DNA from: Octopus sinensis
Lineage: Eukaryota
Length of the DNA: 64,000 nt
Assembly: GCF_006345805.1 (NCBI RefSeq)
Contig: NC_042997.1
Coordinates: forward strand, 102,176,001 to 102,240,000
Direction: 5' to 3'
Shown: piece by piece, positions 24,807-39,899 of the stretch
How positions within the stretch are numbered: position 1 is the stretch's first letter
Layout: each line of letters opens with the position of its first letter
Position numbers and translations under genes: made by a program
Notes under the pieces: generated by a model
Databases searched by the model: none
What the model was told of the DNA's origin: nothing
What the model saw: the letters and a program-made list of their open reading frames with translations, nothing else

Positions 24807-25631
24807 ACTGTGAGATAGGATGCAGAGAAAATGTTGATGAACAGAATATGATCGGTGTGAGTGAAGCATACGTATTAGAGAATTTTGAAAACTGTAAAAT
24901 AAAGCTTACCAGCCAATCAGATTACTTTTTACTTTTCTTTTGAATAAATCTATGTCGTGATAACTAGTTGGTGGTTAAAATATGAAGTGACCATGCTCAC
25001 TGTACAGATATTCTTGTGAGAGAAAAGAAGCACTCTTAAAAGTTATGTTATGATATTCAGGGAATTTAGCAAAAGTTATTACACGCTTATGTGGAAGATT
25101 TAAATGCAATAACAAGAAACATCTCTGAAGGGAGTTGGCTCGTTCTCATAAAGATAAGAAAAATAAAATTCAAAGATATATTCTTAAAAGAATGAAAAAT
25201 GTAAAATAAGGTCCTGGGAAACTATGATGAATTCTAAGATGAATGAAACACGACAAGTCTTACTAGACCTAGTCCTTTCCAGTTACTTCAAAAGAAAACA
25301 TACACACACACACACACGGTTTTGATCTGCGCGAGGCAGTGGGAGTGAACCCCAAACGACCTGGTGACCACGTATTTATGTATGTGTTTGTGTTTGTTTC
25401 CTGCCACCGCTTGACAACTGATGTTGATTTGTTTGCGTCTCCAAAACTTAACAGTTTGACAAAAGAGATCGATAGAGTAAGCATCAGACTTTTTAAGAAA
25501 TAAGTATCGGAGTCGATTCGTTTGACTAAAACCTTCGAGGTGCTGCCCCAGCATGATCGCAGTCCAACGACTGAAACAAGTAAATGATAGAACATATATA
25601 CATAAGGTGTGTGAGTGTACATATATATATA

Positions 25632-25687
<56 letters not shown>

Positions 25688-25706
25688 GAATACATATGTG
25701 TACGTA

Positions 25707-25737
<31 letters not shown>

Positions 25738-25833
25738 TGTGTGTGTCTGCATATTTATATACAGCGACCGCGTGTGTACCGTTGGCGATTTTTTCCTCCG
25801 TCTTCCCTTCTTTGGATCTTTCCTTTTCCTATT

Positions 25834-25866
25834 TTTCTGACGAAGAGCTCCCCTCGAAACGTTAAA
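25834..25866 (+). ncRNA. Minimal type-I hammerhead ribozyme motif with intact core
   Basis: ttt CTGACGA A GAG-CTCCC-CTC GAAA CGTT AAA, within a Penelope-type tail fragment (about 25765-25960). Confidence 0.6.
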
Positions 25867-25956
25867 TCCTCCTTCTTTCTTTCCTTTCCTGAGCGTCCAA
25901 TAATACTATACTTGTTCCACGTCCTCGCGTTGTTGTGTTTTCATGTTTGGATTAAC

Positions 25957-25988
<32 letters not shown>

Positions 25989-26895
25989 CATACATACATA
26001 CATACATACATACATACATACATACATACATACATACATACACAGACAGACAGACATACGTATATAAGGGCGCAAGATGAGCGTTTTGCAGTCATGAGGT
26101 TCTGGATTCGATCTCAGTATGTGGCATCCTGTAGCTTCGGGACGTCTCATATGCCTTGGGAGGGAAACTGGGTCGATGAAAACTGTACGGAAGCCCGTAA
26201 AATAGATTGCACCTAAAATTTACATTGTCACGTGTTGGCATACAATGTGTCATGCTAATTCCGTGTACACATGCCTGCGGAATTTTTTACTGCTAACACG
26301 TTAATTTAATGAGCAGGAAGCTCTCAGGCGATGAAACAAGTGTATTCATGTATACATACATATACAGGGAGAGGGGCAGGGAGGGACGGGGGAGATATGG
26401 TTGGAGACGGGGAGTGAAAAGAAAACATAGTTTTACAATTGCATGTAATTCTTCATTCCGACCACAAAATGTCCTCACAAGGCCGTCCTTTGTCAAAGCC
26501 CAAAAGCCAGTTGTACTTTGTAGTTTTTCGGTCAGCCTTCAGGGACCTTGACAAAGACAGTTGATTTATAACCTGTTTGGAAAAGACTTTTTTGTGGTCG
26601 GAAATGCAAAGATGAAATGATATATATGTATGTATATATTATAGTAAAGCTATATTTTATGTTCTGTATTGTTGACGCTTTCTTCTGTTTAAGTAATCTA
26701 CAACAATTCTCGATAACTATCTACTTACCGACCTACCTGCCTGCATGCCTGCATGCCTACCTACTTACCTACCTACCTACTTTCATCGTACGTATCTACC
26801 TACCTACCGACATACATACATACATACATACATACATACATACATACATACATACCATGTACATACCATACATACATAGCTATATATATATACGG

Positions 26896-27040
<145 letters not shown>

Positions 27041-27049
27041 TGATTGATG

Positions 27050-27116
<67 letters not shown>

Positions 27117-28003
27117 GCATACATGCATACATGCATACATACATACATACATACATACATACATACATACATACATACATACATACATACATACATGCAT
27201 ACATACATACATACATATCTGTATACATACGATATATAGATAACTAAAGATACACAGACAGATACCTACCTACCTACCTACATACATACATACATACATG
27301 CATACATACATACATACATACATACATAATACATACATACATACATACATACATACATACATACATACATACATACATACAGGCATGCATACAAACATAC
27401 ATATACACATGAATACATACACACATGCACAAACATGATAGATAGATAGATAGATAGATATAACTGATGTAGGGTATAGAGGATCTTCAATGTCAAATAG
27501 AAGGGCGCATAAAGACGGGAACGTGTTGTCCACTTGCAGTATTGATGGATTAACGAGTTAACTATAGTTTGTTATTTACATTTTGTTATTTTGGATTGGA
27601 TATGATTTCACTGAAGCAACATTTTCTTAATGTCATACATCTACAAGCAATATCCATGAGATAAAATATGTATTTAAGGTATGTCAACATATTTAACGCC
27701 TACATAAAGAAATACATTACTATTTCCACGTGGCCAATCAATGCCGCAGACTCGAGTGACAAAAAATAGAAAACTTTCTTCAGAGAATCTTAGCTTGCTG
27801 AAGGTCATTATACATGACGGAACCCTAAAATGTATAGAATTTGACAAAAGTTCTTTTTTTCTTTTTAGAGAAATCTTTCATTTGATATGGATGACAATTG
27901 CTTGCTTCGACAATTATAGCTGGATATGACATGATATTAATTCCATGATTCAGTTTGCAACCATCTTTATTAGGATAAATAGAGTACATTTCATATATAT
28001 ATA

Positions 28004-28058
<55 letters not shown>

Positions 28059-28079
28059 AAGATACGTATATATATATAC

Positions 28080-28135
<56 letters not shown>

Positions 28136-29474
28136 TATATGTATGTATGTATGCATGTATGTATCTGTGTATATATATATAATATATATACATATATAAT
28201 ATAAAATATAAATATGCATAAATATATATAATATATACATATATATATATATAAATATATATAATATATATACATATAATATATATACGTACATATAGTT
28301 ATCCGTAATAATGAAGGGTGACATTAATTAATTTGGAATAATTATCAATTACACCAAGTAGTCTTCGGCATGTAAAAGCCTCATTCGAGGAAAATTTAAG
28401 TAATACTAAGCAATAAAGGGTTTAGCAACGAATTACCTTACCACATACCGAATTTAGAAATAGCAGTCAAAGAGTTATAGCTATTTCTTCTACTAAAAAG
28501 GGAGATCTCATATATGTATGTGTGTATATATATATATATATATATGCATTATGTATATATGTATGCATGTATGTATGTATGTATGTATGTATGTATGTAT
28601 GTATGTATGTATGTATGTATGTATGAGAGAAAGGATATATTTATTGTACATGATTCTTTCTGTTTCCCCCATCCCAAAGAAACCTATTGAAAATGTTCGT
28701 TTTTTTCTTTTTCTTAGCACAATAAAACACCGAAACCTGGTTCTGATAATATACTCCAGACAGATGAATTTAAATCTGTAAGAAGGAGAGAGCGAGAAAG
28801 AGAGATAAATTATTTGATAAATAAATTTAGATAACTTAGCGGAGGGCAAAATGACGACAGCATCTTATAAACTGATTCCCCTTTTATACAGGCATAACAA
28901 AATTAATTACATTTCAGTGACAAAGTTTTTAAATAATGATGTATACAAAATCCTCACAGTACATACTCATTACAATAGCTTACATACAATAGCTTAACCA
29001 ATCTTGTTCGGACGGTTTTTGTGCAATAGCAGTCATGCATGCTTACGAATACAAATTAATTTAGATAGAATAGAATTTACATATAAATACTCAAAACAAT
29101 AAATAATCTAGTGTATTGTCTAGTGACTGGCGTAGCAATGGTATCAAATCTATTTTTGTGCCAACTTTGAATACAAAACACAAGCCATCATAATAATATT
29201 GTCGTCTGCTTCATTCATTTCATCTTTTCTTCATTTCTCTACCAGAACGTTTTCTTACTCTTTCTCCTTTTCTCTCTCTCCTCTCTCTATCTATCTCAGT
29301 CTCTCACCCTCGTTCATTCACACACATACTCGTGCTCATACATGCCAGTGTATATACAAATTCATACATATATATCTTATTTTGATTTTATTCACCTTAC
29401 TTCGAGCTGTGCTGATAATACTGGACTACCTGAATCTCAATTATATCTTTATATATATATATACATACACACAC

Positions 29475-29554
<80 letters not shown>

Positions 29555-29563
29555 GTAGGTAGG

Positions 29564-29687
<124 letters not shown>

Positions 29688-30376
29688 CAGACATACATAT
29701 GTATATATATATATATATATTATATATATATATATATACATGCATGCGTACATCCATCCATCCATCTATACATATAAACATACATGCACACACATACCTA
29801 CCTACCTACCTACCTACCTACCTACATACATACATACATACATACATACATACATACATACATACATACGTACATACGTACATAAATACATACATACATA
29901 CATACATACACTTTCTTTCGAACCTACGTTATGACAGTATCTTGTACCTATTTACATAAAGGTGGGGTGGGGGGGGACCTTGTTGTACAAAATATATTCA
30001 TAATATGAACAATGGTAGACATAAATATAGACAAATCGATAGTTAGGCAAGTACACAAGAAACAAACAACATGGTATGTTTATGCAACAGCCTGTTGTTG
30101 TCTTTTGAAACGGAAGCGAACCTTCATCAAGCAAACCTATGATCAAAGGCATTCCAACCATGAAGATGTCGTCTTTTGTAATCCTGGACTACATTGTACA
30201 ATGTGTACTTCCGTGTTCAAGGCAGTAGGCTGTGATTGTAGGGAAACTTGGTTACTATTTGCAGCAGGTCGGAGAGAAAGATGCATTAAATATCAATGCA
30301 TGTTTTGCTCATACACGGAACCGCGTATACGAATACACATACACACACATACGTACACACACATACGTACACACAC

Positions 30377-30480
<104 letters not shown>

Positions 30481-30989
30481 TTATATGTATATATACACAT
30501 ATATGTACATAAGTGTGATTCTCATATTTGTATGTTTATTATGTAGGAAGAGGGAACATGATTTGGCTATCCATACCAATATGCGCATGTATATATATAT
30601 ATATATGTATATATAAGTGTATAAACACATAGATGTGTATATACACTTATATACAGATATACACACTTATGCACATTGGTGTAGATGGCCAAATCTTTCT
30701 GGCAAATAATATACGTATTTGGTAAATAATATACATATAAAAAGTGGAAAGCATCAGCAAGTATCGAGAAACTCACTGAATGCGGAAGTCTGTTCTCACG
30801 GATATGTATATTAAATATCTGTGTTAAATACAACCGTTGTATAATACAAACAGTTATATATCTATTATACGTAATACAGAATTTTTTAAATATTTAATGA
30901 TTTTTAAGGCTGACACCATCTCTAATCAGTGATGCATATGTACACAAACAAATACACACATACACACAATTTCTCCTCTTCTGTCTGTG

Positions 30990-31088
<99 letters not shown>

Positions 31089-31958
31089 TTATTTATCTAT
31101 CTATTTGTCAATCTATTTTTGTCGCTTTCTTTCTCTCTTTCCCTCTCTCTCTCACACACACACACACACATATACACGCGCGTAAACACACACAAACACA
31201 CACACATACACACACAAATACTGTCATTATAGACTCATACCGTCTCACGCACATACACACACGCAATCTCACAGTCTGTCACGCATATACACATACACAA
31301 ACAATCTGACATACACATACAGTCCAACATGCATGCACATGCACAGTCTGATACATACGGGCGCATGGCATACACACACGCTAACAGACACACACAAACA
31401 CATTTTTTCTCAGTCTCATACACTCATACATATACACACACACATACACACATACGGTTTGTATTAAGCGCATGGCTGATGTACAATATTGAGTCATTTT
31501 TGTATGAGTAACAGAAGAAAAAAGAGAAAAAAAAAGAAGAAAATGTTTGCTCAAAAACCTGATTATTATTATCATAAATGTAGATGGTGGTGAGTGTACA
31601 CAAAATCGAAAGAGAAACAAGAAAGATTTGAAGAAATATCAAAAAGAGACAATGGATTTGAAGAACGATGAAGATTAAAATCACATGTCCCATTATGAAT
31701 TTCTCAATTTATTCAGTTACAGTTTATATCGTGCGCTCACAAACAAACAGGATTTTGCGTGTTATTCGATTTAAAAAAATTTTTTTTTTTTTTTTGCGTT
31801 TAACCGTTGACTCAGGTAAATTGATAGGGAGAAAGGGGAGAAAGAGAAACAAACAGACGATAAATATAAAGACAGATAGACAGACGATAGGTACGCAGAC
31901 AGACAAGCAGACGACAGACAGACGATAGACAGGTAGCGGACAAATAGACAAATATATA

Positions 31959-32129
31959 TGTTATAATTTGATTATTCATTGTCTGATATGGTATGATATT
32001 TCGGAATATAAAAATTCCTTCTTCAAATATCGCTAGAAATTGATCGATCAAATCCTGGCGATAACTGAAGTAATCTTTGTATTCCGAAATATTATATCAT
32101 ATCAGACAATGAATAATCAAATTATAACA
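31959..32129. repeat. 171-bp imperfect loopless palindrome
   Basis: Arms TGTTATAATTTGATTATTCATTGTCTGATATG… / …CATATCAGACAATGAATAATCAAATTATAACA centred on TGATCGATCA. Confidence 0.95.
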
Positions 32130-32240
32130 GTTATTATAGTACACTCTGCATTGTTATGCCATTCAAGACACGTTATATTCACAAACAATACACAATGCTT
32201 CAAGCGAACTACATTACTCTCCTGTATATATATACATACA

Positions 32241-32339
<99 letters not shown>

Positions 32340-32386
32340 TATAGATATACATATATATGTATACACTGGGAGAGAGAGAGATTAAC

Positions 32387-32418
<32 letters not shown>

Positions 32419-32523
32419 TGATTGATTTGATTGATTAATAATACACCTGTACAGTCTTTGTTTATGTTCAGCACGCGCACATTCACATGCAATATAAATA
32501 TAAAATGAATAAATATTAACTAC

Positions 32524-32628
32524 CTGTTCGGTCAAAGATTCCTCATAGTAAGCATCCCTTCTCTCATCACAAGGTTTTTGGTCACCTTTTTTGCCACACT
32601 GTAGGTCTAAAGCAGCAGGGATCTTCAT
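32524..32628 (-). CDS. Candidate first coding exon of an unidentified host gene (35 aa, phase 0)
   Basis: AAAA-ATG context; MKIPAALDLQCGKKGDQKPCDERRDAYYEESLTEQ; donor CAG|GTAGTT; embedded in about 700 bp of mostly unique sequence. Confidence 0.45.
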
Positions 32629-33186
32629 TTTTTTTATGTTTTGTTTTCTCTCAAAACGCGATAATCCTTTTAATTAAGCGTGTTAGTAGAAATACCCTTC
32701 CTTAGTAAATCTTATTGAATTATTATTATTATTATTATTGTTAGTGGTCAGCTTCCGCTGATTGTTTCTGTTTGTTGTCCCGCTGCTAGTGTTCATTTTT
32801 TTACCAATGTTTTCTCGGTTATTATCGACGGATGCTGCCGGGATGTAACAGCGACGAAAGAAGAGTAATGCTTCGCTGTGAACCAGCGTATATTACAATA
32901 GACGGCATTCATTGTGTTTGCTTACTTTACTATCATTTCTATTACGGTCATTGGAACAACAACTACCATCGTTTGCAGACAAACAAACAAAGGAAATTTT
33001 ACAACATCCAACTTCTTAATTATAACTATCACACACTCGCAGACATAACGGCTGCCGATGCTGCTGCTGCTGCTGCTGCTGCTGTTTCTGCCGCTGCAGT
33101 TGTTGCTGATGCTGTCATGCGGTTGCCGCGCGGTTGCTACGGTTGTTTGTTCCTCTCAAGTTCTCTCTCTTCCTCAACATCTCTCC

Positions 33187-33218
<32 letters not shown>

Positions 33219-33610
33219 TTCGCTATCTCTTTCTTTCTCTCCCCCATCTCTCTCTCTCTCTCTCACTCTTTCTTTCTCCATCTTTCTTATTTATTTTTCT
33301 GCCTCTCTAACCACCCTCTGTATCTCTTCTCTCTCAATCTCTTTCTTTCTTTCCCTCACTTGGCCTGTCTTTCCCACTTGTTCTCTCTACACCCACTTTC
33401 TCCCTCCCCTTTCTCCTCTCTACATCTTCTTTCTCTCTCCCTCTTTCTTCTCTCTATCTCTCTCTGCTCTCTCTATATCACTCTCTCTTTTCCTCTGTCT
33501 CACCTTCTCACTCTCACCCTCTCTATCTCCCTCACTCCATCACTCTCTCTGTCTCTATCTCTCTCCTTATCCATCTCCCTCTATCCTTTTCTGTTCCTCT
33601 CTCACTCACC
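32629..33610 (-). promoter_or_regulatory. Putative 5' UTR/promoter: CpG-containing unique sequence, (GCA)n run and about 450-bp GA-rich tract
   Basis: Upstream of the candidate ATG; TE-free; (GCT)n on + at 33059-33083; polypyrimidine tract on + at 33150-33610. Confidence 0.35.
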
Positions 33611-34926
33611 CTCTAGTATTGTTACTACTGTAGTGTGTTCACTTCATCACTGAGATATTATTCTGGCTGCAATAGAATGGTAGTTGTTATTGTTATTATT
33701 ATCAGTTGGGATATGTTACAGCAACTGTTCAAATTTTATTAATAAGCCTGAATAAACAGACCGTTTAGTTTTTACGCCATTTCATTTGTTTGTTGTCGTT
33801 GCATAAATGTTGTAAATTTAGTAATTTTTTGAAAACTCTTTCTATCTCATAAGGTAGATACCGCTTAAAACTAACATACGTACATACATACATACATACA
33901 TACATACATACATACATACATACATACACATGCATACATACATACGTACATACATACACACATACACACACACATACATACATACATACATACATACATA
34001 CATACATACACAAACAGCTAAGCAGAACGATAGGTGGGCAAATAAGTAAGCAAACTGCCATGTGTGTATGTATGTGTGTGCGTATGTGTGTGTGTATGTG
34101 CGTATGTGTGTGTGTGTGCATATATATACATATATATATACATACATATATGTGTGTGTATGTATGAGTATGCATGCGCGTCTGATATATATATGCACGT
34201 ATATGTGCGTGTGTACATATACACGCAAATACATACATGCACACGTGCACTAGCGCGTGCTGCACATATACACGCACGCGTACGCCCGCAGACATGGACA
34301 GATGCACGCTCACACAGACTGGAAGTGGTCAACGAAGTTCAAACTCGCTTCGATCATTACCATAACGATCAAGTATCTGTGTTTCATGTGAGCCGTAGTC
34401 ACACATGGACACATGTATGACCTAATAGTAGCACACTACATTCACTTATTCCTGCACAGATATCTATATACACGGAATGAGAACGATAGAGCGAGAGCAG
34501 GAGATGACGCTGACGAAATTCATAATCAGGTCCACAAGAACTGGTATTAAAAGAACTGATGCAACCACTATAACCAGGTTCCTACAAAAGTGTTCCAAGG
34601 AAACAGGATCTCTGTATTGCTGACTACCTTAGCAGAGAACTTGTTGTTTAGATGGTTATGCTTAAGATGGTATTTTAGTATCACAACTTCATACATGCTC
34701 CAGCAGAGGAAAACAAAATTTACATCATCGTTTTTGCAGACAATATAAAGCTTATTCTAAAAATATTTATGACGCAAGAAAATTATTATACCTGACCACA
34801 AAATTCTGAAAAGAAATCGGGATGGAACTGGGTCAGTAAAGATGTTTGCATCTGATAGTAAATTCTAGGTAACAATTATAAGCAAAAATTCATCGTTATA
34901 TTGATAACAGTGACCTGTTTCACTTT

Positions 34927-35060
<134 letters not shown>

Positions 35061-35559
35061 CACTGATGTCTCCAACGACGAACCAACGAGGGTACCTTCC
35101 CTCTGTCGGGTCACTAACCTGCTAGAAAGAGCAGCTAAATCTCTCTCAAATCACATCCAATATCTCCTTAGAAAAGGAAACATTGAATAACGTGATTTGG
35201 GTTCCTTGTGTACACAGACACTGGCAGAATCTGGGTTCCTTGCTTACCTCTGGTCATAGAAATGCTTGATGACAGCAGACCGATGGCTAAGCAACAAGTG
35301 TTTCCAATTTTCTCCGAATTGATGGATAAGGACGCTGTTCATGTTAGTGCTGTAGCAGATGTTTCATTTTAAAACTGCATGTGATGAGCCCTAGAGTAAT
35401 CTACAATATGCGTTCTCTGGCTTTAAATCCTTTATACTCATCGTGAGCATTGTAATGATTCAAGAACTTCTAGGAGTCTTAGGTTTCCGTAGAAAAGAGG
35501 AAAAAAGGGGATTGACACACATCTGAATAATATTCTATGAGTGACAAAGGCCTCAAGCT

Positions 35560-37635
35560 ATCAGAATAGTTAGCACACCGGACATGATGCTTTGCGACAT
35601 TTCGTCCGCCTCGACGCTCCAGTTTCATGGTTGACTTTGCCTTTCATCCTTTCGGGGTCAATAAAATAAGGACCAGTTGAGTACTGGGGTCGATTTAATT
35701 GACTTTGCCTCTCCCTCAACACTGCTGGCCTTATGCCAAAATTTTAAACCGATATTCTAAGAGTGGTATAGCATAAGCATTTGAAAGCATTCCAAACTTT
35801 TCTTTTCCATTCTTCTGTACGGTATAATACTCGTACTACATCCACATATACTAATCTATATCTGCATACACACAAATACACATACACATAGAAAAGTAAA
35901 CATATTAGTCATGCCATTTTTATGACCAATTCTGATTGCAAAGAGATTTTAAACCGCACACGAGTGCGTACATACAAACATTACACATTACTAGTTCACG
36001 TCGTATATTCGATTGTTTCAGTTCTCTGGTTAAAAAGAATGTGAAGGTGGCGAGCTGGCATAAGCGTTAGCGTGTCGGCCCTAGCGTAGCTAGAGTATGT
36101 GCCGCTCGGGGTGGCCCTTCCGTTTGTCGCCCTGGACCCCACAAAAATCACATATTGCATACAGGAGATCCAAAAGTGCTGCCCGGGACAGACCGCACCT
36201 ACCACCTTCCCCCCTAGCTACGCTAGTGCGTGTGCTGACAAAGATGCTTTGCGGAATTTCATTCGTCTTTACGTTCTGAGTTCAAATTCCGCCAATATCG
36301 ATATACCTTTCGTTCTTTAGGGATTGATAAGCTAAAGTACCTGTGAAGTATCCACTAAAACTGCTAGCCTTGTGCCATCGCGTCAGGCAAAATGCTTAGC
36401 ATTTCGTTCGGTTTTAAGTTCTGAGTTCAAATTCTGTCGAAATCGATTTTGCTTTTCATCCTTTCGGGGACGATAAAATAAGCACCTGTTGAGCATCGGA
36501 GTCGATGCAATCGAGTAGCCTTTCACTCAAAATTTCAGGCTTTGTGCTTATAGTAAAAAGGAATTAAAAGAAAGTGTCTAAGTTTGATTTTAAATTACTT
36601 ATATCAAGCAATATATTGTGTAAATTTAAACAAGAGAGTGAGAGAGAAAGAAACAGTGAAAAGAGCAGTCGCTATTTTATGCGTACAGCAAAACAATTTC
36701 TATGTTTGGAAGACATTTCGCAGAATATTTTTATTTCAGCACTATTATTGATTTCTAACATAGACACAATACCTCGGAATTGATGGAGAAGCATAATACA
36801 TCATTTCGACCGTAGAACTTAACTGGTATTTTATTTTGTCGACACCGGAAGGACGAAAGATAAAGTTAACCTCAAAGAAAACGTTGAGTGCTGAAACAAA
36901 ATTCAACAAGGTAAATACCTTGTTGAATTTGTCCAATGTTCTTAACGACACTGCCAACCCACTCCATCTGATTTCATATTACTATTGGTGTTTTATTTTG
37001 GTGTGAAACAGTGTATTGACAGAACGCACCATTCCAATTTAGGTACAAGGCAGCAACTTTGAGCTGAAGGATTCGTCGATACTTGAATGGTACTTTGTTT
37101 CATCGAGCCCAGTAGGAAAACATTAAGTTCATCCCGGCGGAATTTGATCTCAGAACGTAACACTCTAACGATTCAGCTTGTTCGTAGTCTTATTCATTAC
37201 TAATATTGGTTTCAAATTTTGGTACAAAGCCAGCAATTTTGGGGAGGGGGTTAAGTCTATTACACCGACCTCAGTATTCAACTGGTACTTATTTTATTGA
37301 ACGTCAAAGGATAAAAGGCAAAGTTTACATCGACAGAACTTGAACTCTGAGCGTAAAGACAGACGAAATACTTAGCAGCATTTCGGTTCTGCCAGTTCAC
37401 CGCCTTATTCAATGTTAATATTGTTTTCAAATTTTGGCTCAAGGCCAGCAGTTTTGGGGGAGGAGTAAGTCGATTAAATCGACCCCGGTATTCAACTGGT
37501 ACTTATTTTATCAATTTCAAAAGGATGAATGGCAAAGTCGACCCTGGCGACATTTGAACTCAGAACGTAAAGACGGACCAGATGTCGCTAAGCATTTTAC
37601 CCGGCAAGCTAACGATTCTACCAGCTCGCCGTCTT
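35560..37635. mobile_element. SINE family A cluster (+ copies about 35560-35755 and 36043-36560; - copies about 36790-36960 and three in 37035-37635)
   Basis: Repeated B box and central domain on both strands. Confidence 0.8.
36079..36228. mobile_element. MITE (hAT-like) inserted in a SINE A head
   Basis: 13-bp perfect IR CTAGCGTAGCTAG (36081-36093) / CTAGCTACGCTAG (36214-36226); both flanks begin cgtgt. Confidence 0.75.
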
Positions 37636-38907
37636 TATTGAATATTAGAACCTATTTCGACATGATATGAATGTTTAATGCATTCATGTATTTTTGAAAT
37701 ATCATCTGCAACACACTAGCGTCAGCATTGAGAAGTTAAATATAAATAAGAAAATTCTAAAAAGAATTCTATAATTCCTCATTTGGATTTGAAAAAATTA
37801 TACAAATTAACTACATTTAACTCATTTATGTAACTCATTTATATAACATAACACGCGAATATAAAAAAAAAGAGTATCTTGATTTTCAAATCACTTAAAG
37901 GTATTAAATATTATTTAAGTAAGCACTGGATACATTGCATTCAGATACATTGCTTGTAGATATACAGGTACGCTCGATTTCGTTCAGACAGTATTTTGTT
38001 GTGAAGTATTTTATTCACAAAGCAACAGCTAGGTCGATTCTTATTGAAGTGGTCAGATATGAGAGTAGCTAAAAAGATTATTGTTGTTAGTTACACTGCT
38101 TTAGCATAAAGCAAAGTACCCAGCTTAGATTTATGGCCATCAAGGAGAAGCTATTCAGAAGGAATTTTTTCTAATGTCGACAACTAAACAACTTCTCTGA
38201 TCTCTAATTTAGTGATATTTCTGGCTGCTTTAGAATCCAAATCTTTTCGATTAAGCATACACTGCAGTTTCAAGCTCCATTGAGGTAATGGAGTAATTTT
38301 GTCGATGATGCTCCATGTCACAGGAGTTCACTCTGAACCGCCTTCCCTAATGTTCCAGAGTAATTAGGACAAGCCTATACAATGGCAAGCCTTCTACAAG
38401 AAAGAGACGCTCGCAGTCAAGTATGGACTCAAAGTGCGAAAGTAATACTTCAAACTGAAGACCTCAAAAAGTTCTCACTCGATTTTATCTAGCTAATAAT
38501 AGAAAAAGTAAAATTTCAACATCACACCAATTCTTTCCAAAACACAACGAATAATTTCATGAGAACTTTCAAACAATCCACTTCCCTTCCCCAACATTCA
38601 CACTGATGAAACAAAGAATATATGCAAACGAAATATCCTCTCACTCTCCAAACTCCTTAATAACATTACAATATCACACAAAAACAGCCCTACTGCATAT
38701 AACATTGTAAACTGATCAGTGAAGGAACGACATTAAATGTAGGTCGACTCACCATGTGTAAACTTTTCATTACTCTTAAAAATCACAAGGACAATTTTCT
38801 TCACCAATCCAATTTCAGTTTAATTAATCTCTCCAAAACCTGATTTGGAACAATGAACATGCGCATTCCTGTGGCAATTATCCTTAAAATTAAGATTTTT
38901 CGATATT

Positions 38908-39120
38908 GATTTCAAATTTTGGCACAAGGCCAACAATTTCAGGGGAAGGTGTAAGTTGATTACATCGACCCCAGTATACAACTGATATTTATTTTATCGA
39001 GCCCGAAAGGATGAAAGATAAAGTCGACCTCGGCAGCATTTGAACTCAGAACGTAAAGATAGACCAAATGCCACTAAGCATTTTGCCAGGTGGGCTAACG
39101 ATTCTGCCAGCTGCCGCCTT
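38908..39120 (-). mobile_element. SINE family A monomer with 17-bp TSD
   Basis: taagatttttcgatatt (38891-38907) vs taagatatttcaatatt (39120-39136). Confidence 0.88.
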
Positions 39121-39899
39121 AAGATATTTCAATATTAGAAGAATAGAACAGTAGCGCCGAAATTATTAAGAGTTTTCACAACATCGAAAACAAAGTTCCC
39201 GCAGATTCATCTAACTGACACGGTAGACCTTTTTTTGCTCTAAATGTTTCTCCTGATGTCCCTCGACTGCAGGAGAAGATTTACTACAATCTTCTGCAAG
39301 AAAACAATTTTCACTGGGTAAAATAGCGGATATCTCCTTATTCGACATTTCCATTGAAAACTACAAGCAAGCTGAGATATCAAACTTTGTGTATTTGTTA
39401 CTTCTTGATACCTTCAAAAAGCGTACAACTCCTTATAGATCAATAACTGTTGACATGATGATTTAGGAATATCATACAATATTAATGGTCATTACACGAA
39501 TAGATTTAGAAAATTTCTAATAGAAATATTCAATAAATTTGATTTCAATTTGACCATATGCACCAACTTACCAATAGTTAGGCGCAGCACTAGATTTAAA
39601 TACAATCAGACACTATCCCAACAAAATCAAAGGAACCATATATAAGTACAAAAATTCCTACCCTACTTCCCAGTCATAATTACTATCTCTGCAACATAGT
39701 AGCTAGAATAAGTAGAATAGTATCCGATTTATCCTCACACAAGAACATTTTTAAAAAGGGCCTTGCCCTATTATGACGTTGCGCTAGTTGGAAGCAGCTT
39801 TAGCTAGTATATCGGGAACACTTACCACACATATGCATCATAGCAGATCTAGGAAGAGGAAGTAATTTAATAACATTGAACATCGTAGACAAAGCCACT

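Noticed and set aside
27990-28280. Recurring single-base phase shifts in (TA)n runs as a signal
   Set aside because: Equally explained by slippage or consensus errors in long-read assembly; cannot be judged without reads.
28360-28395. Minus-strand CGAATGA GGC…GCC GAAG as a hammerhead
   Set aside because: Three core mismatches and no convincing stem I or III.
32832-33653. 273-aa plus-strand ORF with poly-Ala and Leu/Ser-rich tail
   Set aside because: Openness is explained by (GCT)n and CT-rich low complexity; no domain signal.
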